From: Myxococcota bacterium
GTDB lineage: Bacteria; Myxococcota; UBA4151
Length of the DNA: 64,000 nt
Direction: 5' to 3'
NCBI GenBank assembly: GCA_036338695.1
Contig: JAYZBQ010000042.1
Coordinates: 20,696-84,695, forward strand
Below the pieces are notes generated by a model. It ran no database searches, had not been told where the DNA came from, and saw only the letters and a program-made list of their open reading frames with translations. Shown here one piece after another: positions 10,016 through 19,053 of the stretch; within the stretch, counting starts at the first letter, position 1, and each line of letters starts with the position of its first letter. The translations under genes were made by a program, and so were the position numbers.

Positions 10016-10715
10016 TGTCATTTAAACGTTTTTCCAACATCTGCCGCAAGCGACCGATCGCTTGGGCGTGCTTGCGGCTCATCCACGACTTGGAGATCCC
10101 CATCTCTTCGCCGAGCTCTTTGAGCGTACGGTCTTCGAAATAGAACCCAAGGATGATGGTGCGATCCTCCTCCTTCATCTCATCCATCACCTCACGGACG
10201 ATCCCCACCATCTGGCGTTTCTCGACCTGGCTGTGGATCTTAGCGCCGCCGTCGTGGCTTGGGTCAAACCCCTCGATGCCCTCGAGCGAGGTCACAAAGA
10301 CGGTCACCAAGTTGGCGATCACGTCGGCGGAGCCTTGCACCTGCTCCTCCAAGGTGCGCTTGTCCTCACCGAGGACCGACGCGTGGCGGTCGGATTCGTA
10401 CGTGAGGTAGTCGGACGCGCCGCGCTCGGCGCGCACGTGCGCGTACTCGGCGCGGTTGAGCCAACCGAATTTACGCAAGCCGTCATAGATCGCGCCCTGG
10501 ATGCGGTAATACGAGTAGGAGGAAAAGCGCGCCCCTCCCTCGGGGTCGAAGCGCTGCGACGCCTCGACGAGACCGACCATGCCATAAGCGATCAGGTCAT
10601 CGAGCTCGAGGTTACGCGGCAGCTTACGGCTGATCTTGTGCGCGATCGCTCGCACGAGGCCTTGATGCTCGTTAACCAGCGCTCGCTGTTCTGCCTCTGT
10701 GGTCTTGGCGCTCAC
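9990..10715 (-). CDS. FliA/WhiG-family (sigma28-type) sigma factor
   Basis: LVRAIAHKISRKLP...DDLIAYGMVGLVEA..RFDP..GARFSSY..YRIQGAIYDGLR (region 2) and TLKELGEEMGISKSWMSRKH (region 4). Confidence 0.9.
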   Translation of the reverse strand: MSAKTTEAEQRALVNEHQGLVRAIAHKISRKLPRNLELDDLIAYGMVGLVEASQRFDPEGGARFSSYSYYRIQGAIYDGLRKFGWLNRAEYAHVRAERGASDYLTYESDRHASVLGEDKRTLEEQVQGSADVIANLVTVFVTSLEGIEGFDPSHDGGAKIHSQVEKRQMVGIVREVMDEMKEEDRTIILGFYFEDRTLKELGEEMGISKSWMSRKHAQAIGRLRQMLEKRLNDTTLVIGSR

Positions 10716-11098
10716 TTTTTACCTCGCTCCGCCAAGCGACGAAACTGATCCGCGAGCCGATCCGCCATGCGTGGGTCGTCATCGAGCACGCGCGCAACCT
10801 GATCCTCGATTTTGCGCACGCCCTTACCCTGCAACCCTTTGAAGCGGTCCTTAATCACCGCCTGGACCGCCCGGCGGATCGCTTCGCGACGATCTTCGAT
10901 ACCACCGTCGCGCAGCTCCTCAGCGATCTGTTGCCAAGCCTCTGAAAGCGCTGAACGCGCCTCGTCTGGGTCGAGCGCGGTCGTTTTGTCGACCTGCTCG
11001 ACCTTGAAGGTCTTGGACGCCTTCCCAGTCTGAGCGGGGCCTTTGACGCCCTTTGGTCCTTTCGGCCCTCGAGGACCGCTACCTCCACCTACTCGCAA
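10712..11098 (-). CDS. Hypothetical protein of the T3SS cassette (yscH position)
   Basis: 128 aa, G/P/K-rich N-terminus and helical C-terminus. Translationally coupled to the genes on both sides. Confidence 0.65.
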   Translation of the reverse strand: MRVGGGSGPRGPKGPKGVKGPAQTGKASKTFKVEQVDKTTALDPDEARSALSEAWQQIAEELRDGGIEDRREAIRRAVQAVIKDRFKGLQGKGVRKIEDQVARVLDDDPRMADRLADQFRRLAERGKK

Positions 11099-11100
11099 AG

Positions 11101-11517
11101 CTAATCCTCCACATCAAAGCAGCCCAACTCTTGGGCTTCTATGAGGTTCGACGCAAACTTCTTGGCGGATCGGTCGGCGCCCGCAATCGAGATGGCGTGG
11201 CGACAGGCTTCGAGCCCCTCGTCGACCTGACCACCCCAGAGCAAGGCTTCGCCGAGATGCGCCCAACAGGCAGCCCGGTCCGGCTCACGCGCCACGGCGT
11301 CGCGCTGGGCTTTCTCGGCGAGAGCGAGCTTCCCCTTGGCGAAATGAAGGTTGCCGAGCAGCATCGGAGGGACGCCGGAGTGCGGCAGCAAATGCCCCAC
11401 ACCATCGAAGACGTCGCTGGCCGGCTTGTGCCGACCCATCTGCGCGAGCAGCTGCCCCGCCTCGAGCAGGAGCGCCACCGTCTGCTGTTCGACCTCAACA
11501 AGTCCCTGTATTTTCAT
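11101..11517 (-). CDS. Small TPR protein, T3SS chaperone-like (YscG/SycD type)
   Basis: 138 aa with about 3 TPRs (LLEAGQLLAQMGRHKPASDVF; LGNLHFAKGK; WAHLGEALLWGG). Confidence 0.75.
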   Translation of the reverse strand: MKIQGLVEVEQQTVALLLEAGQLLAQMGRHKPASDVFDGVGHLLPHSGVPPMLLGNLHFAKGKLALAEKAQRDAVAREPDRAACWAHLGEALLWGGQVDEGLEACRHAISIAGADRSAKKFASNLIEAQELGCFDVED

Positions 11518-11543
11518 CGATTGATTCCTCTTCGCCCTGCGCC

Positions 11544-11588
11544 AAAAAAGGCATCGGCGGAGACTTCATAGCCTCCGCCGTGCCTTTT
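11544..11588 (-). terminator. Intrinsic terminator after the needle-like gene
   Basis: Minus strand GGCACGGCGGAGGC-tatgaa-GTCTCCGCCGATGCC followed by TTTTTT. Confidence 0.75.
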
Positions 11589-11618
11589 GACCATCTACGC
11601 GCTGTGGCTTGTGCCAGC

Positions 11619-12128
11619 CTAGCGGATGTTGTTGATGCTGTTCTTCGTCGTGTCGTGCTTCGTCTTCAGGACGTTCGAGATCGTCGAGAACTGACGGTTC
11701 TCACCCTGCATCTTCTGCTGAAGCGTGAGGTACTGAAGGTTAAAGCTCATCTGCATCTCTTGAAGCTGCTTGGTCTGGTTCATCAGATCCTGCTGGGCGT
11801 TCCCCGTGCTCGCTGGCGCCTGGCCGTTCTGGCTGGTGACGCCAGGACCGGTACCGGGGATGTTCATGGTGCCGCCCTGACCGTAGTCACCGACGCTACC
11901 AGCTGCCGAGTTCGCAGCCCCTGCCATACCCTGCGCTGCTGCGTTCACGACCGCACCACCTGGGACGTAAGGCGCTGCCACCGCCGTCGCACCCGCCATG
12001 GCGTTGGCGCCTGCTGCGACGCCACGGCTAACCATCGACCCGAAGTCGTTACGAGGGGTTTGTCGGTTGACCTGCGGCTGGTTGTTGATTCGAACAGACC
12101 CACCGTTGTTGAGACGATTCACAGACAT
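11619..12128 (-). CDS. T3SS needle/filament-subunit-like protein (SctF-like C-terminus with an extended N-terminus)
   Basis: Start reassigned to ATG 12128 (RBS AAGGAG), 169 aa. C-terminus LQYLTLQQKMQGENRQFSTISNVLKTKHDTTKNSINNIR resembles the ...SN-x-x-K-x-x-x-D-x-x-x-x-I-x-x-N-x-R end of PrgI/YscF needles. Confidence 0.65.
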   Translation of the reverse strand: MSVNRLNNGGSVRINNQPQVNRQTPRNDFGSMVSRGVAAGANAMAGATAVAAPYVPGGAVVNAAAQGMAGAANSAAGSVGDYGQGGTMNIPGTGPGVTSQNGQAPASTGNAQQDLMNQTKQLQEMQMSFNLQYLTLQQKMQGENRQFSTISNVLKTKHDTTKNSINNIR

Positions 12129-12173
12129 GGCATTCTCCTTCTTACACAGTTCCGGCTCATCGCCGTTCACAGA

Positions 12174-12201
12174 CCTTATCGGTGAGCCTACTCCCCGGTT
12201 G
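12174..12201 (-). promoter_or_regulatory. Sigma28/FliA-like promoter for the needle-like gene
   Basis: Minus strand CAACC-N14-CCGATAAGG, with the same boxes and spacing as the motif at 9988-10015. Confidence 0.6.
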
Positions 12202-12427
12202 CGGCCTCGTTGCTCATTTTTTCGCGCAATTCGAACAACTCGTCGAAAAGAGCACGCGCCCGGCGAACCGCCAACTGCGCTCTGCGGGCGCCGGCCTTGG
12301 CTTTCGGGTCTCCGGAGCGCATCAGCTCATCGAGCGCGTCCTCCAGCGGCTGAAGTTGGTCATTAATCCCCGCTTCATCGCCCTCAAGGGCAGCCTCGAT
12401 ACGAGCAAAGATACTGTCGTCAGCCAT
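12188..12427 (-). CDS. Small helical protein in the YscE (needle co-chaperone) position
   Basis: 79 aa predicted helical hairpin immediately upstream of the needle-like gene. TAATG overlap with the upstream gene. Confidence 0.6.
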   Translation of the reverse strand: MADDSIFARIEAALEGDEAGINDQLQPLEDALDELMRSGDPKAKAGARRAQLAVRRARALFDELFELREKMSNEAATGE

Positions 12428-12939
12428 TAAGGTTCTCCCGATTGTTCGGCGATGAGTGGCTCGCGCCCTTCATTACAGTATTCCGCCAAGTTTTCCATCC
12501 CGTCACCGTCGTTATCGCAGACGCTAAAGTTGATCTCGGCCGGCTCAAGGTTTCCGAGACATCGCCGCGTGGCGAGCGCCGGCTGGATGACGACGTTCTG
12601 GCGAGGTTCCTCCACCGAGGTCAAATCGATCCGGCCGCCTTGCTGGGCGAGCACCAGCAGCGCGCCGTCGATCAGCACAAAGTACTCGAGCACAACGGAG
12701 CGCTCCAACCCGGCGCTGATCTCATCGCACTCACCGAGCACCCGGTCCTGCTCACGATCGATGGACAACGGGCAGGCGAGCGCATGGCCGCTCACCCGCA
12801 AGCGCGCCCCGGCGTTTGAGAGGTCTCGCGCACACTCAAGCTTGAGAAAGTCAGGGACCGAGACGCCCGTGGTCGCCACCGACGGCGCCCCGCCGCAAGC
12901 GATCATGAGGCCCATGAACACCATCCACCCCGCCCTCAT
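12427..12939 (-). CDS. Hypothetical lipoprotein with a C-terminal Ca-binding DxDxDG motif
   Basis: Start reassigned to 12939 (ATGA overlap). Lipobox MIAC; DNDGDGMENLAE motif. Confidence 0.7.
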   Translation of the reverse strand: MRAGWMVFMGLMIACGGAPSVATTGVSVPDFLKLECARDLSNAGARLRVSGHALACPLSIDREQDRVLGECDEISAGLERSVVLEYFVLIDGALLVLAQQGGRIDLTSVEEPRQNVVIQPALATRRCLGNLEPAEINFSVCDNDGDGMENLAEYCNEGREPLIAEQSGEP

Positions 12940-13499
12940 GGCGACGCGCTCGCGCTGACCGGGACCAAGGTGACGCTGCTCACCGGACGCGCTCGAAAGA
13001 GGGCGTAGGACCCCCACGCGACTCCGGTCACGGCGAGGGTGCCCACCGCAGCGGTCAGCCAGCGTCGGGGCGGTCGCCGCTGCCACCAGGGCGTCGCGAC
13101 GGTTGGCGGAGGCGCCTGAGTGAGCCCATCCCATGGCCGAAGCGCAGGTAAGACCCCGGTCGGCACGTTCAGCACAAAGGGCACCTCGGCTGAGCCGACA
13201 CGCGTCGGGCCGTTGCCGTGCTCATCAAAAACCTCGAAAAAGTAGCGCAGCCCCGCGCGTGCGGGGACCACCGCCTCGAACCAGCCCTTGGCCACCTCAT
13301 CGGGCTCGATGGTCTTCCATTCCTCCGTCTCAGTGCGCACGTAGAGTGCCGCTCCGAACAGGGGCGACTCATCACGCACCTCAAACCAGAGCCGCCAATT
13401 CCCTTGAGCGTCCGCCATCGTCGGCGGCTCGTGCACCACACGCGGAGGGTTCAGGTCGGCCGCAGGCGCAGCCCAAAGGATCAGAGCGAGTACCATCAC
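12936..13499 (-). CDS. Hypothetical exported Ig-like protein with a C-terminal hydrophobic segment
   Basis: Signal-like N-terminus, PPRVVHEPP...LRYFFEVFD..GN beta-sandwich pattern, PWW...TM tail. Confidence 0.65.
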   Translation of the reverse strand: MMVLALILWAAPAADLNPPRVVHEPPTMADAQGNWRLWFEVRDESPLFGAALYVRTETEEWKTIEPDEVAKGWFEAVVPARAGLRYFFEVFDEHGNGPTRVGSAEVPFVLNVPTGVLPALRPWDGLTQAPPPTVATPWWQRRPPRRWLTAAVGTLAVTGVAWGSYALFRARPVSSVTLVPVSASASP

Positions 13500-13561
13500 A
13501 AGCAGCGCTTACGCCAAAAGGGTGCGTCGTGACTACCGGTCGCACCCGGGCATCACGCCAG

Positions 13562-15343
13562 CTAAGGTCGCTGATGGACAAGCTTGAGACGAAACTCGCC
13601 ATGGCTCGGGTGCCGAAACCGCAAGGTCTCGGTGGCGCCGAGGGAGAGGCTCAGACTCCGCTCCGGTGGGGTTCGCCCCAGCGCAGGCCCTGACTTTCGA
13701 TAGACGATCGCCCAAGGCGCCGCGCGCACCACGAGCTGCATCTGCTGGGCGATGCGGCGCCAGCGCACGGTCACGCGAAACGCGCCCGCACGCGCCGTGA
13801 ACGTCCCGCTTTTTTGACGACGCGCTTCGACGCTCAACCCGCTCACCGTCAACGAGGTGCTGCTCGCCACGAGGAAAGAGGTCTTTGCGCGCGTAGGCTG
13901 AGTAGGTCGTACCCGCGCCTGAGGAGCAGGCGGAGGAGGCGCTTTCGCTCCGGCGTCTACTGTCGGCGGCGCAGCCTGAGCGGTTGCGCCGGCGTCCGGC
14001 GATGGGACCGGAACCGATGCTTGGCTGGCCCCCTCATCCGGTGCGGGCGCGATGCTTTGCGGCGGTGAGTTCTCAGGCTGCCGGAGCCCCCACAGAAGGA
14101 CGGCTGCGGCGATCACCATCACGACCACCCACAGTCTTCGCGACTGCACCACCGCGGCGCGCACAAAGAGACTCGTCGTCAAACCGCTCGGCTCAGGCGA
14201 CCGGCTGGGGGTGGCGCGTGCGACCTCGGGCTGCGGAGCGTCCTGCGGGTCTGCGCGCTCGCTTTCCTCGCTCTCGTCACTCCCCTCACGCCAAAAATCG
14301 GTCCACCCGTCAGGCTTCTCCATACCAGCCGGCAAGGTCGGTAAACTCTCAACAGGAGGATGGGTCAGCCGATCGAGTCGCTTGAGCTCGCCCGGGTCCG
14401 CCTCGGCGAGCACCTGGGTGATGTAGTCTTGCTCCTCGGCAAAGAGCGAGCGCATCAGCTCAGCGATGGAGTCGGCTCGCGGCAACTCCTTGGCGACCCG
14501 CCGCAGCGCATGGGCGAGTTCATCCCCGTCATGATACCGCGCCGCGTTGCTCTTGGCCATGGCTCGCTGCAGGACCGGCTCAAGCGCAAACAAGACAGGG
14601 TCGATCATCGGCGGTAACTCGTCACTCTGGATCGCAGCGAGCGTGCGCGCCAGCGACCCTCGATCAAAGGGGTGACGCCCAAGCAGGGTCTCGTACAAAA
14701 CAATCCCGAGCGAGAAGAGATCCGTCGAGCCGTCGACCGGTTTACCCTCGCTCTGCTCGGGCGACATGTAGAGAAACTTCCCCTTGAGCAGCCCGGTCTC
14801 CGTTTTGCCGTGGTGGAGCTCGCTTTTGGCGATACCGAGGTCGATAATCTTTACCTCGCCCGCCCACGAGACGAGCAGGTTGGCCGGGTTGATGTCGCGA
14901 TGAACCAGATTGAGCGGCTCACCGCCGTGGTCGGTGGCTCGGTGCGCATAGGCGAGCCCCTCGGCGGCTTGCGCAATGAGCTCGCAGGCGATCGCAGGGG
15001 GCAAAGGGCGGCCTTGCGCCTCACAACGCTGCAGCAAGACCTTAAGATCGACCCCGCTGACAAACTCCATCTCCAGATAGAACTCATCACCGATCCGTCC
15101 GGCGTCGTGAACCTGGACGATGCGATCGTGATGGAGCCGAGACGCCAGCCGCGCCTCGGCAAAAAACATCTCTAAGAAGTCGGCTCGATCCGCCAGGTGG
15201 CTGAGCATGCGCTTGACGACGACATGACGACTAAAACCTTCGGCGCCCTCTTTGCGGGCAAGAAAGACCTCACCCATACCGCCTTGAGCGATTTTATGCA
15301 GGAGCAGGTACGGTCCGAACCGATCCCCAACGCGTGCGGGCAC
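13562..15343 (-). CDS. Eukaryotic-like Ser/Thr protein kinase with a TM segment and Pro-rich periplasmic tail
   Basis: IAQGGMGEVF, VVVKRM, HRDINPANLL, DLGIAK, GKFLYMSPEQ, DLFSLG. TM near residues 405-422. Confidence 0.93.
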   Translation of the reverse strand: MPARVGDRFGPYLLLHKIAQGGMGEVFLARKEGAEGFSRHVVVKRMLSHLADRADFLEMFFAEARLASRLHHDRIVQVHDAGRIGDEFYLEMEFVSGVDLKVLLQRCEAQGRPLPPAIACELIAQAAEGLAYAHRATDHGGEPLNLVHRDINPANLLVSWAGEVKIIDLGIAKSELHHGKTETGLLKGKFLYMSPEQSEGKPVDGSTDLFSLGIVLYETLLGRHPFDRGSLARTLAAIQSDELPPMIDPVLFALEPVLQRAMAKSNAARYHDGDELAHALRRVAKELPRADSIAELMRSLFAEEQDYITQVLAEADPGELKRLDRLTHPPVESLPTLPAGMEKPDGWTDFWREGSDESEESERADPQDAPQPEVARATPSRSPEPSGLTTSLFVRAAVVQSRRLWVVVMVIAAAVLLWGLRQPENSPPQSIAPAPDEGASQASVPVPSPDAGATAQAAPPTVDAGAKAPPPPAPQARVRPTQPTRAKTSFLVASSTSLTVSGLSVEARRQKSGTFTARAGAFRVTVRWRRIAQQMQLVVRAAPWAIVYRKSGPALGRTPPERSLSLSLGATETLRFRHPSHGEFRLKLVHQRP

Positions 15344-15368
15344 TCAGCGGTCCCCCATCACCGGCTGA

Positions 15369-18300
15369 TCAGCGGTAACGGAGCAGAGCGTCGAGCTCGG
15401 CTTGTGCGCGCTCGCTGAATTCACCCCGAGGGTCGACCTTCAAGCTCTCGCGCAGCGCCTTCTCGGCTTCGTCGTAGTTCCCTCGCTCTTTCTGAAGCAT
15501 GCCAACGCTCAGGTGCCCGCTGCCCGACTTCGGCTCGTACTGAACGCAGCGAGAGGCTGCACGCATAGCCTGTCGGAAACGCCCCCGATCGATCTGAAGC
15601 TCGGCGATGCGGCAATACGACTTCCCCATGCGCCGGTTGACGCGCACCGCCTGTCGGTAGGAGCGCAGCGCGTTGCGGGTCTGCTCCTTGCCACCCCAGC
15701 GACGATAGACCTCCGCCTTGTCGTAATAGAGCCCGGCGTTGGCACCCCGGATGCGAAGCGCTTGGTCGAGATCGAGCAGCGCCTCCGGGTACTGACCTTG
15801 GTCACGGTACGCTCGGGCGCGCCACTCGCGCGCCTCTGCGGAGGCAGAGTCTGCCTGGATGGATTCCGTCAGCGCGTTGATGGCGTCGAGCAACTGGTTT
15901 GAGCGATAAAATGCCTCGCCCATCGACAGCAGCGTCGGCCCGTGTTTCGGGCGCAGCTGATCGGCCGTTCGCAAGTAACCGAGCGCCTTGTCGGGTTGCT
16001 TCTCGACGAAGGTGACGCCGAGCAAATACGGGATGTTGCCGTTTTTGCGGTCGATACCCGCCGCCGTTGCGAGATAATTGCGCGCCTCGGCGACGCGCTC
16101 ACGCTTGAGCAAGGTCAAGGCGAGCTGGACATAGAATTCGTCCTCCTCCGGCATCAAACGGATCGCGCGTTTCATCAGGTTCGCCGCCTCATCATGTCGC
16201 TTCAACCGGTCGAGAATGCTCGCCTTTTGCACCATGTACTTGGGGTTTCGCTCCTCGATTGAGAGCGCCGTTGCCGCCTCCTTCAGCGCCTCCTCGACGC
16301 GCTTTTGCTCAAGCAGCGCCTTCGCAAGCAGGTAGTGCGCCCGCGGCTCCTTCTCGGCGCGCCGGATCGCCTCACGGTACTCGCGCTCGGCGAGCTCAAA
16401 GTTGTCTTGCGTTCGGTAAAAGTCACCGAAGCCAATATACACCCACGGGTTCTCCGCATCGATGCTACGCGCCGTCTGAAGGCGGCGCGTCGCGACGTCG
16501 AGGTTGCTGTCTTGGATGTCGATACGCGCCATTGCCACGAGCGCCCGCACGAACTGCGGGTCCGTGCGGAGCACCTTCTCGTACATCTCGCGCGCCTCCT
16601 TGCGCTCGTTCATGAGCCACAAGAGCTCGGCGTGCCAGAACTGCGACGCAGCCGACGGTTTCGCCTGCTTGCTGATCAGCTCACGGATGCGCGCTGCGCC
16701 GCGCTCGTAGGCTGCGGTCTGAATAAAGACATCGGCGAGACCGACGATCCCCGCTTCGCTGTTCGGCGCCATCTTGAGCAAAGCCTCCCAAGTGGCCATC
16801 GAGCCGCTGAAGTCGCCGCCCAAACGGAGCACATGCGCGACGCGCTCCACCAGCACCGTGTCCTTGGGCAAGAAGGTGCGCGCCTTCTCGAGAAACTTCG
16901 CCGCAGCGCCAAAATCGGAGCGGCGAAGCTGGATCTCGCCGAGGATCCGAAAGATCTCTGCCTTCCATTGCTTATGGCGCCCGAGCGAGTCGATCTGACG
17001 CCTAGCCTGATTCAGGGTCGACTCGATGGGCTCGAGCTGCTCCTCGGTCAACTCTCGAGGGTCGATCTCTTCAATCTGCTTCCAGGCGACGCGGCTCTGT
17101 CCGAGCCAGGCGTCGGCGCGCGTCGAGTCTCCATCCGTGACCTTAGCGTAGGCCTGACGCGAGAGCTCATGTTCATTCATCCGCTCATACGCTCGCGCCG
17201 CCGTGAAATGGGTTCGCTCGACGTAACCCGGACCGCCTGCCTCCAGCGCCATCTCCCGGCGTTGCTCGAGGAGGTCTTTATCGCCGGCCGCCGCCGCCAC
17301 CAAAATCGAAAGCTGCAGCGCCTCGACGTCCTTCGCCTTGATGTGCTTGGCGAGGTACATCTCCATCTGCCCCTCGTTACGGTTCGCCAGCGAGGCGCAA
17401 GCACGGGCGATGTCGAAGGCGTTGCCTCGGATCATCTCTTCGGTCATGCCTTTGAGCGCGTTGGTCATCTTCATGCGCTCGAGCGGCAGATCAAATCGCA
17501 CGAACAGATCGCAGGCGATTCGAGCCGAGGCGACCCTCGCCTCGAGGTCCTCATTTGAACTCTTCGTCACGGCGTTGCGCAGGAGCGTGCCTCGCTTCAT
17601 GATCGCAGCCAGGCGATCTTCTTTAAGCACATCGTTGATGCGCGCAAAGCGAGACGAGGTCGTCGCCACGCCGGCGCGGCTGCGCGGTGCGCTCGTGCCT
17701 GCGGCGCCTCCACCCGAGCTGTCCAAAACGCCCAGCTGCCATGCTGCCACACCCCCCAGCACCAAGATGCTTGCGGCGCCGATGAGCAGCTTACGACGCC
17801 CGCCCGAAGCCTTAGCTGGCGCCTCTTCATGCATCACCTCGATCTCTGGGCTGTCGTCCATGACGCGCACCTGCACGCCCACGAGCTCCGGCAGGTCTCC
17901 CTGATCGGTGGCGCCGCTTGCGAACTGCGGCGCGTCATCCACTGCGCTCGAGAAGTTGCCACCATCGACGAAGGCTGAGAACTCAGGGTGGGCGCCCAGA
18001 GGCTGCCAGTCCTGACCGTCTGCGCTGATCTCCTCGTTGCCTAAGAGCATCCCAGTGCGCAGCATGTTCTCGACGCGATCGCCCATGTAGGGGCCTACGA
18101 CGTCGCCTGTCGCCATGCGCAGGTGGTACATCATCTGGTCCGGCTCTTCGAGGAACTCTTCGAGCTCGCCGCCGAGTACGTTCAGCAGCGGATCATCGCC
18201 CTCGTCCAACGAGAAGCTGAAGTCATCGGACCCGCCATCAGCGATCTCCGTTTCGACGATATCCGGCGAATCAAAGCCGTCGTCATCGAAGCCCTCGAGT

Positions 18301-18914
18301 GGGTCGTCGTCAAAGCCTGCGAGCGGATCGCTCGACGTCTCGGGTGAGACGACGGTTGCGACCTCGTCAACCGCGACAGGAGCGCTCACCTCCACGACGG
18401 GCGCTGGCGCCTCAGCCTCATCGACGTCACCAAAGAGGGCGTCGAGATCTTCCTCCTCAAGCGACGACGCCTCGCCCGTTCCGGGCAACGCGATCAGCGC
18501 GTCATCATCGTCATCAAAGAATCCGTCCAGATCGAGGCTGTCGTCGCTCTCTACCGCCTGCGGCGGGTTACTCGAGGGCAGCGGCACGCGCTCCTCACCG
18601 TCCACAACGATCGTCGCCGCGAGGTCGAGGTCGTCCTCGCCGACGCTGACCTCATCGGCCGAAGCAGCCAGCTCCGGCGCGTCGTCATCGCCGAAGAGGT
18701 CATCAAGATCGACCTCGCCGCCGGCGTCACCGCCGTCGCTTTGCCCGGGTAGAGGGATGAAGTCATTGGTCCCCAAGTCACCAAAATCGCCCAGATCCTC
18801 GAACAGATCCTCCTCGGAGACCGAGTCACTAGCGAGCGAAGCGCCACAAGCTGGGCAATCGACCAACTCGGGATCTTCAACCAACGTTCCGCACGACGGA
18901 CAGTTTCGCTCCAT
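15369..18914 (-). CDS. Zinc ribbon, acidic linker, GYF_2-like domain, TM and long TPR array (myxobacterial AgmX/AgmK-like architecture)
   Basis: Start reassigned to MERNCPSCG (18914). CPSC..CPAC; about 250 aa D/E-rich region; GPY...MLRTGML..NEEIS.DGQDWQPL GYF-like motif; single TM; more than 12 TPRs. Confidence 0.8.
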   Translation of the reverse strand: MERNCPSCGTLVEDPELVDCPACGASLASDSVSEEDLFEDLGDFGDLGTNDFIPLPGQSDGGDAGGEVDLDDLFGDDDAPELAASADEVSVGEDDLDLAATIVVDGEERVPLPSSNPPQAVESDDSLDLDGFFDDDDDALIALPGTGEASSLEEEDLDALFGDVDEAEAPAPVVEVSAPVAVDEVATVVSPETSSDPLAGFDDDPLEGFDDDGFDSPDIVETEIADGGSDDFSFSLDEGDDPLLNVLGGELEEFLEEPDQMMYHLRMATGDVVGPYMGDRVENMLRTGMLLGNEEISADGQDWQPLGAHPEFSAFVDGGNFSSAVDDAPQFASGATDQGDLPELVGVQVRVMDDSPEIEVMHEEAPAKASGGRRKLLIGAASILVLGGVAAWQLGVLDSSGGGAAGTSAPRSRAGVATTSSRFARINDVLKEDRLAAIMKRGTLLRNAVTKSSNEDLEARVASARIACDLFVRFDLPLERMKMTNALKGMTEEMIRGNAFDIARACASLANRNEGQMEMYLAKHIKAKDVEALQLSILVAAAAGDKDLLEQRREMALEAGGPGYVERTHFTAARAYERMNEHELSRQAYAKVTDGDSTRADAWLGQSRVAWKQIEEIDPRELTEEQLEPIESTLNQARRQIDSLGRHKQWKAEIFRILGEIQLRRSDFGAAAKFLEKARTFLPKDTVLVERVAHVLRLGGDFSGSMATWEALLKMAPNSEAGIVGLADVFIQTAAYERGAARIRELISKQAKPSAASQFWHAELLWLMNERKEAREMYEKVLRTDPQFVRALVAMARIDIQDSNLDVATRRLQTARSIDAENPWVYIGFGDFYRTQDNFELAEREYREAIRRAEKEPRAHYLLAKALLEQKRVEEALKEAATALSIEERNPKYMVQKASILDRLKRHDEAANLMKRAIRLMPEEDEFYVQLALTLLKRERVAEARNYLATAAGIDRKNGNIPYLLGVTFVEKQPDKALGYLRTADQLRPKHGPTLLSMGEAFYRSNQLLDAINALTESIQADSASAEAREWRARAYRDQGQYPEALLDLDQALRIRGANAGLYYDKAEVYRRWGGKEQTRNALRSYRQAVRVNRRMGKSYCRIAELQIDRGRFRQAMRAASRCVQYEPKSGSGHLSVGMLQKERGNYDEAEKALRESLKVDPRGEFSERAQAELDALLRYR

Positions 18915-19053
18915 CACACCCTCACGAACCAATATCTGCGCTAGTCCATCATGCGCGGGGCCGCAGGTCAATTTTGCTGCTCACGACCTCCTGTGAGCGC
19001 ACAGCCTGCGCGGCTTTTGTTGGCTTGACCGCTCGAGTACGCAGCGCCACACT

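Noticed and set aside
9990..10715. FliA-like sigma as evidence of a flagellar locus
   Set aside because: No flagellin, hook, rod or motor genes are nearby, and the neighbours resemble injectisome components.
11600..11617. TGGCAC box upstream of the TPR chaperone gene as a sigma54 promoter
   Set aside because: The GC lies 11 nt, not 10 nt, after the GG, and the site is upstream of a terminator.
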